In this document: positions 62,475-64,000 of the stretch, in pieces
Numbering within the stretch: the first letter of the stretch is position 1
How the letters are laid out: each line of letters starts with the position of its first letter
The notes under the pieces: generated by a model
Told to the model about the DNA's origin: nothing
What the model saw: the letters and a program-made list of their open reading frames with translations, nothing else
Database searches by the model: none
Assembly (NCBI RefSeq): GCF_009914755.1
Contig: NC_060933.1
Source: the human T2T-CHM13v2.0 reference genome, Homo sapiens
Strand: one strand, 5' to 3'
DNA length: 64,000 nt
Position numbers and translations under genes: made by a program

Positions 62475-63195
62475 TGAAGCAAGAGAATAGGGTCTGGAGG
62501 CAGGGAACCTAAGGCCGATTTGAGCTGACTTCTTAGAACTAAATCAAAAGGAAAACCCCAACTTCCCACACCTAAGTAACAAAAGGACCAGAGGCTACTC
62601 CATTTGCAAAGCACCCCCCGCCCCGCCCCGACACACACCCGTTTTCTCTGTGACAGATAGAAAATGGAAAGTATCTCTAATTGATGGAAAATGGAAAGTA
62701 TCTCTAATTGGTTGTTTTCTGCACCAGACGTTGGCATAGGAATGTAACTTTGTAACTTCACTTCAGCCTCTGACTGGTTGCTTTCCACAACCAACCAGAC
62801 TGATTGCCGGCCAAGTCTTCATTTGCATAGAAGTTAACTTTATTACTTCATTTTAGCCTCTGATTGGTTGATTTCCACAACCAATCAGATGCTTGCATAG
62901 GGTGTAACCTTTGTAACTTCACTTCAGCCTCTGATTGTGGGCCATGACTTCATTTACATAGGGTGCACACCAAGTAACCAATGGGAAACCTCTGGAGGGT
63001 ATTTAAACACCAGAGAATTCTGTAATCGGGGCCTTGAACCCCTGTGCTCAGGCCCGCTCCCACTCTGTGGAGTATACTTTCATTTTCAATAAATCTCTGC
63101 TTTTGTGGCTTCATTCTTTCCTTGCTTTGCTTGTGCATTTTGTCCAATTTTTTGTTCAAAAACGCTGAGAACCTGGACACCTTCAACTGGTAACA
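62475..63195 (+). mobile_element. MER51-family (MER51A/B-like) ERV1 solo LTR
   Basis: TGAAGCAAGAGAATAGGGTCTGGAGGCAGGGAACCTAAGGCCGATT...GAACCTGGACACC...TGGTAACA. Internal ACTTCAGCCTCTGATTGG-type repeats, and AATAAA at 63088. Confidence 0.88.
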
Positions 63196-63822
63196 ACAGG
63201 ATTGAGAAAATAGTCACCCGTTTTCTATAGGGCTTAATTTCCTTGGGTGGCCCCCATTGACAAAGGCTGGATCATAAACACAATTTCTCCTCTCCCACTT
63301 GTCCTATTCCAGCCAAAAAGGAAAGTAATAGCATGAAGTTTTGTGATAAAGTCTGGAGGAGGGGCATGTGCTCCCTCAGCATGGATGAAGCAGCTAGCTT
63401 GGTCAGAGAGGCTAAGACAGTTAAGGGAAGTCTTCCTAAGGGAGAAACATTTACGCTCCTGTCTGGTGGAAGAATTAGAGCTAGTCAGAGGAGGGGAAAA
63501 GAAATTTCCAGGTGGAGGGAACAGTGTGATAACATGAGTGAAGGCCTTGAAGGAGTCAGAGGGTGGCTATTCCTGAGTGGACATTTTGATGACCAGTGAT
63601 TCTTCAGCATTGGGCACATAGTCTTTTTAGCATGACACACAGAAGATGTTCTGTAAATGTTGAAGGTTAGGGGGAGAATGGTGATGATGGAGAAAGGGTT
63701 GGGAAGGAACAAGTCTGGAAGTGTTAATAAGAACTTTACCAGCCGCCTTAAATAATTAGGGCTTTATGCCAAAGGTGCCAGGAGCTGCTAAAGGACTGTG
63801 AAACTGATTATGTAGCTTCTTA

Positions 63823-64000
<178 letters not shown>

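Overview
Primate (almost certainly human) non-coding genomic DNA. I find no credible protein-coding exon, RNA gene, processed pseudogene or CRISPR array. The long ORFs are Alu-, L1-, LTR- or microsatellite-derived, or are chance frames. Much of the window is interspersed repeats: about 20 Alu/FLAM copies, several old L1 pieces, L2/MIR, MaLR LTRs (MLT1, THE1D), two ERV1 solo LTRs, DNA transposons (MER58A, Tigger3b, MER47B, MER3, MER5A, MER53, a Zaphod-like hAT with a transposase remnant) and a probable CR1/L3 reverse-transcriptase relic. Between the repeats lie unique islands rich in homeodomain and TALE (PBX/MEIS/HOX) motifs, one strong CTCF site (22887) and a small CpG-rich patch (~30.6-30.9 kb). 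The right third is Alu-free and partly free of recognisable TEs. This suggests (inference) an enhancer-dense intron or gene desert of a developmental locus, possibly transcribed on the + strand because the clear L1 pieces are all on the - strand. I cannot name the locus and see no evidence of a new coding system. The most notable signals are regulatory-grammar candidates and mutational fossils: a serial template-switch rearrangement, a triplicated target site, four-layer TE nesting and a possible L1 3' transduction. Repeat subfamily names come from remembered consensus sequences, and boundaries are approximate unless a TSD is quoted.
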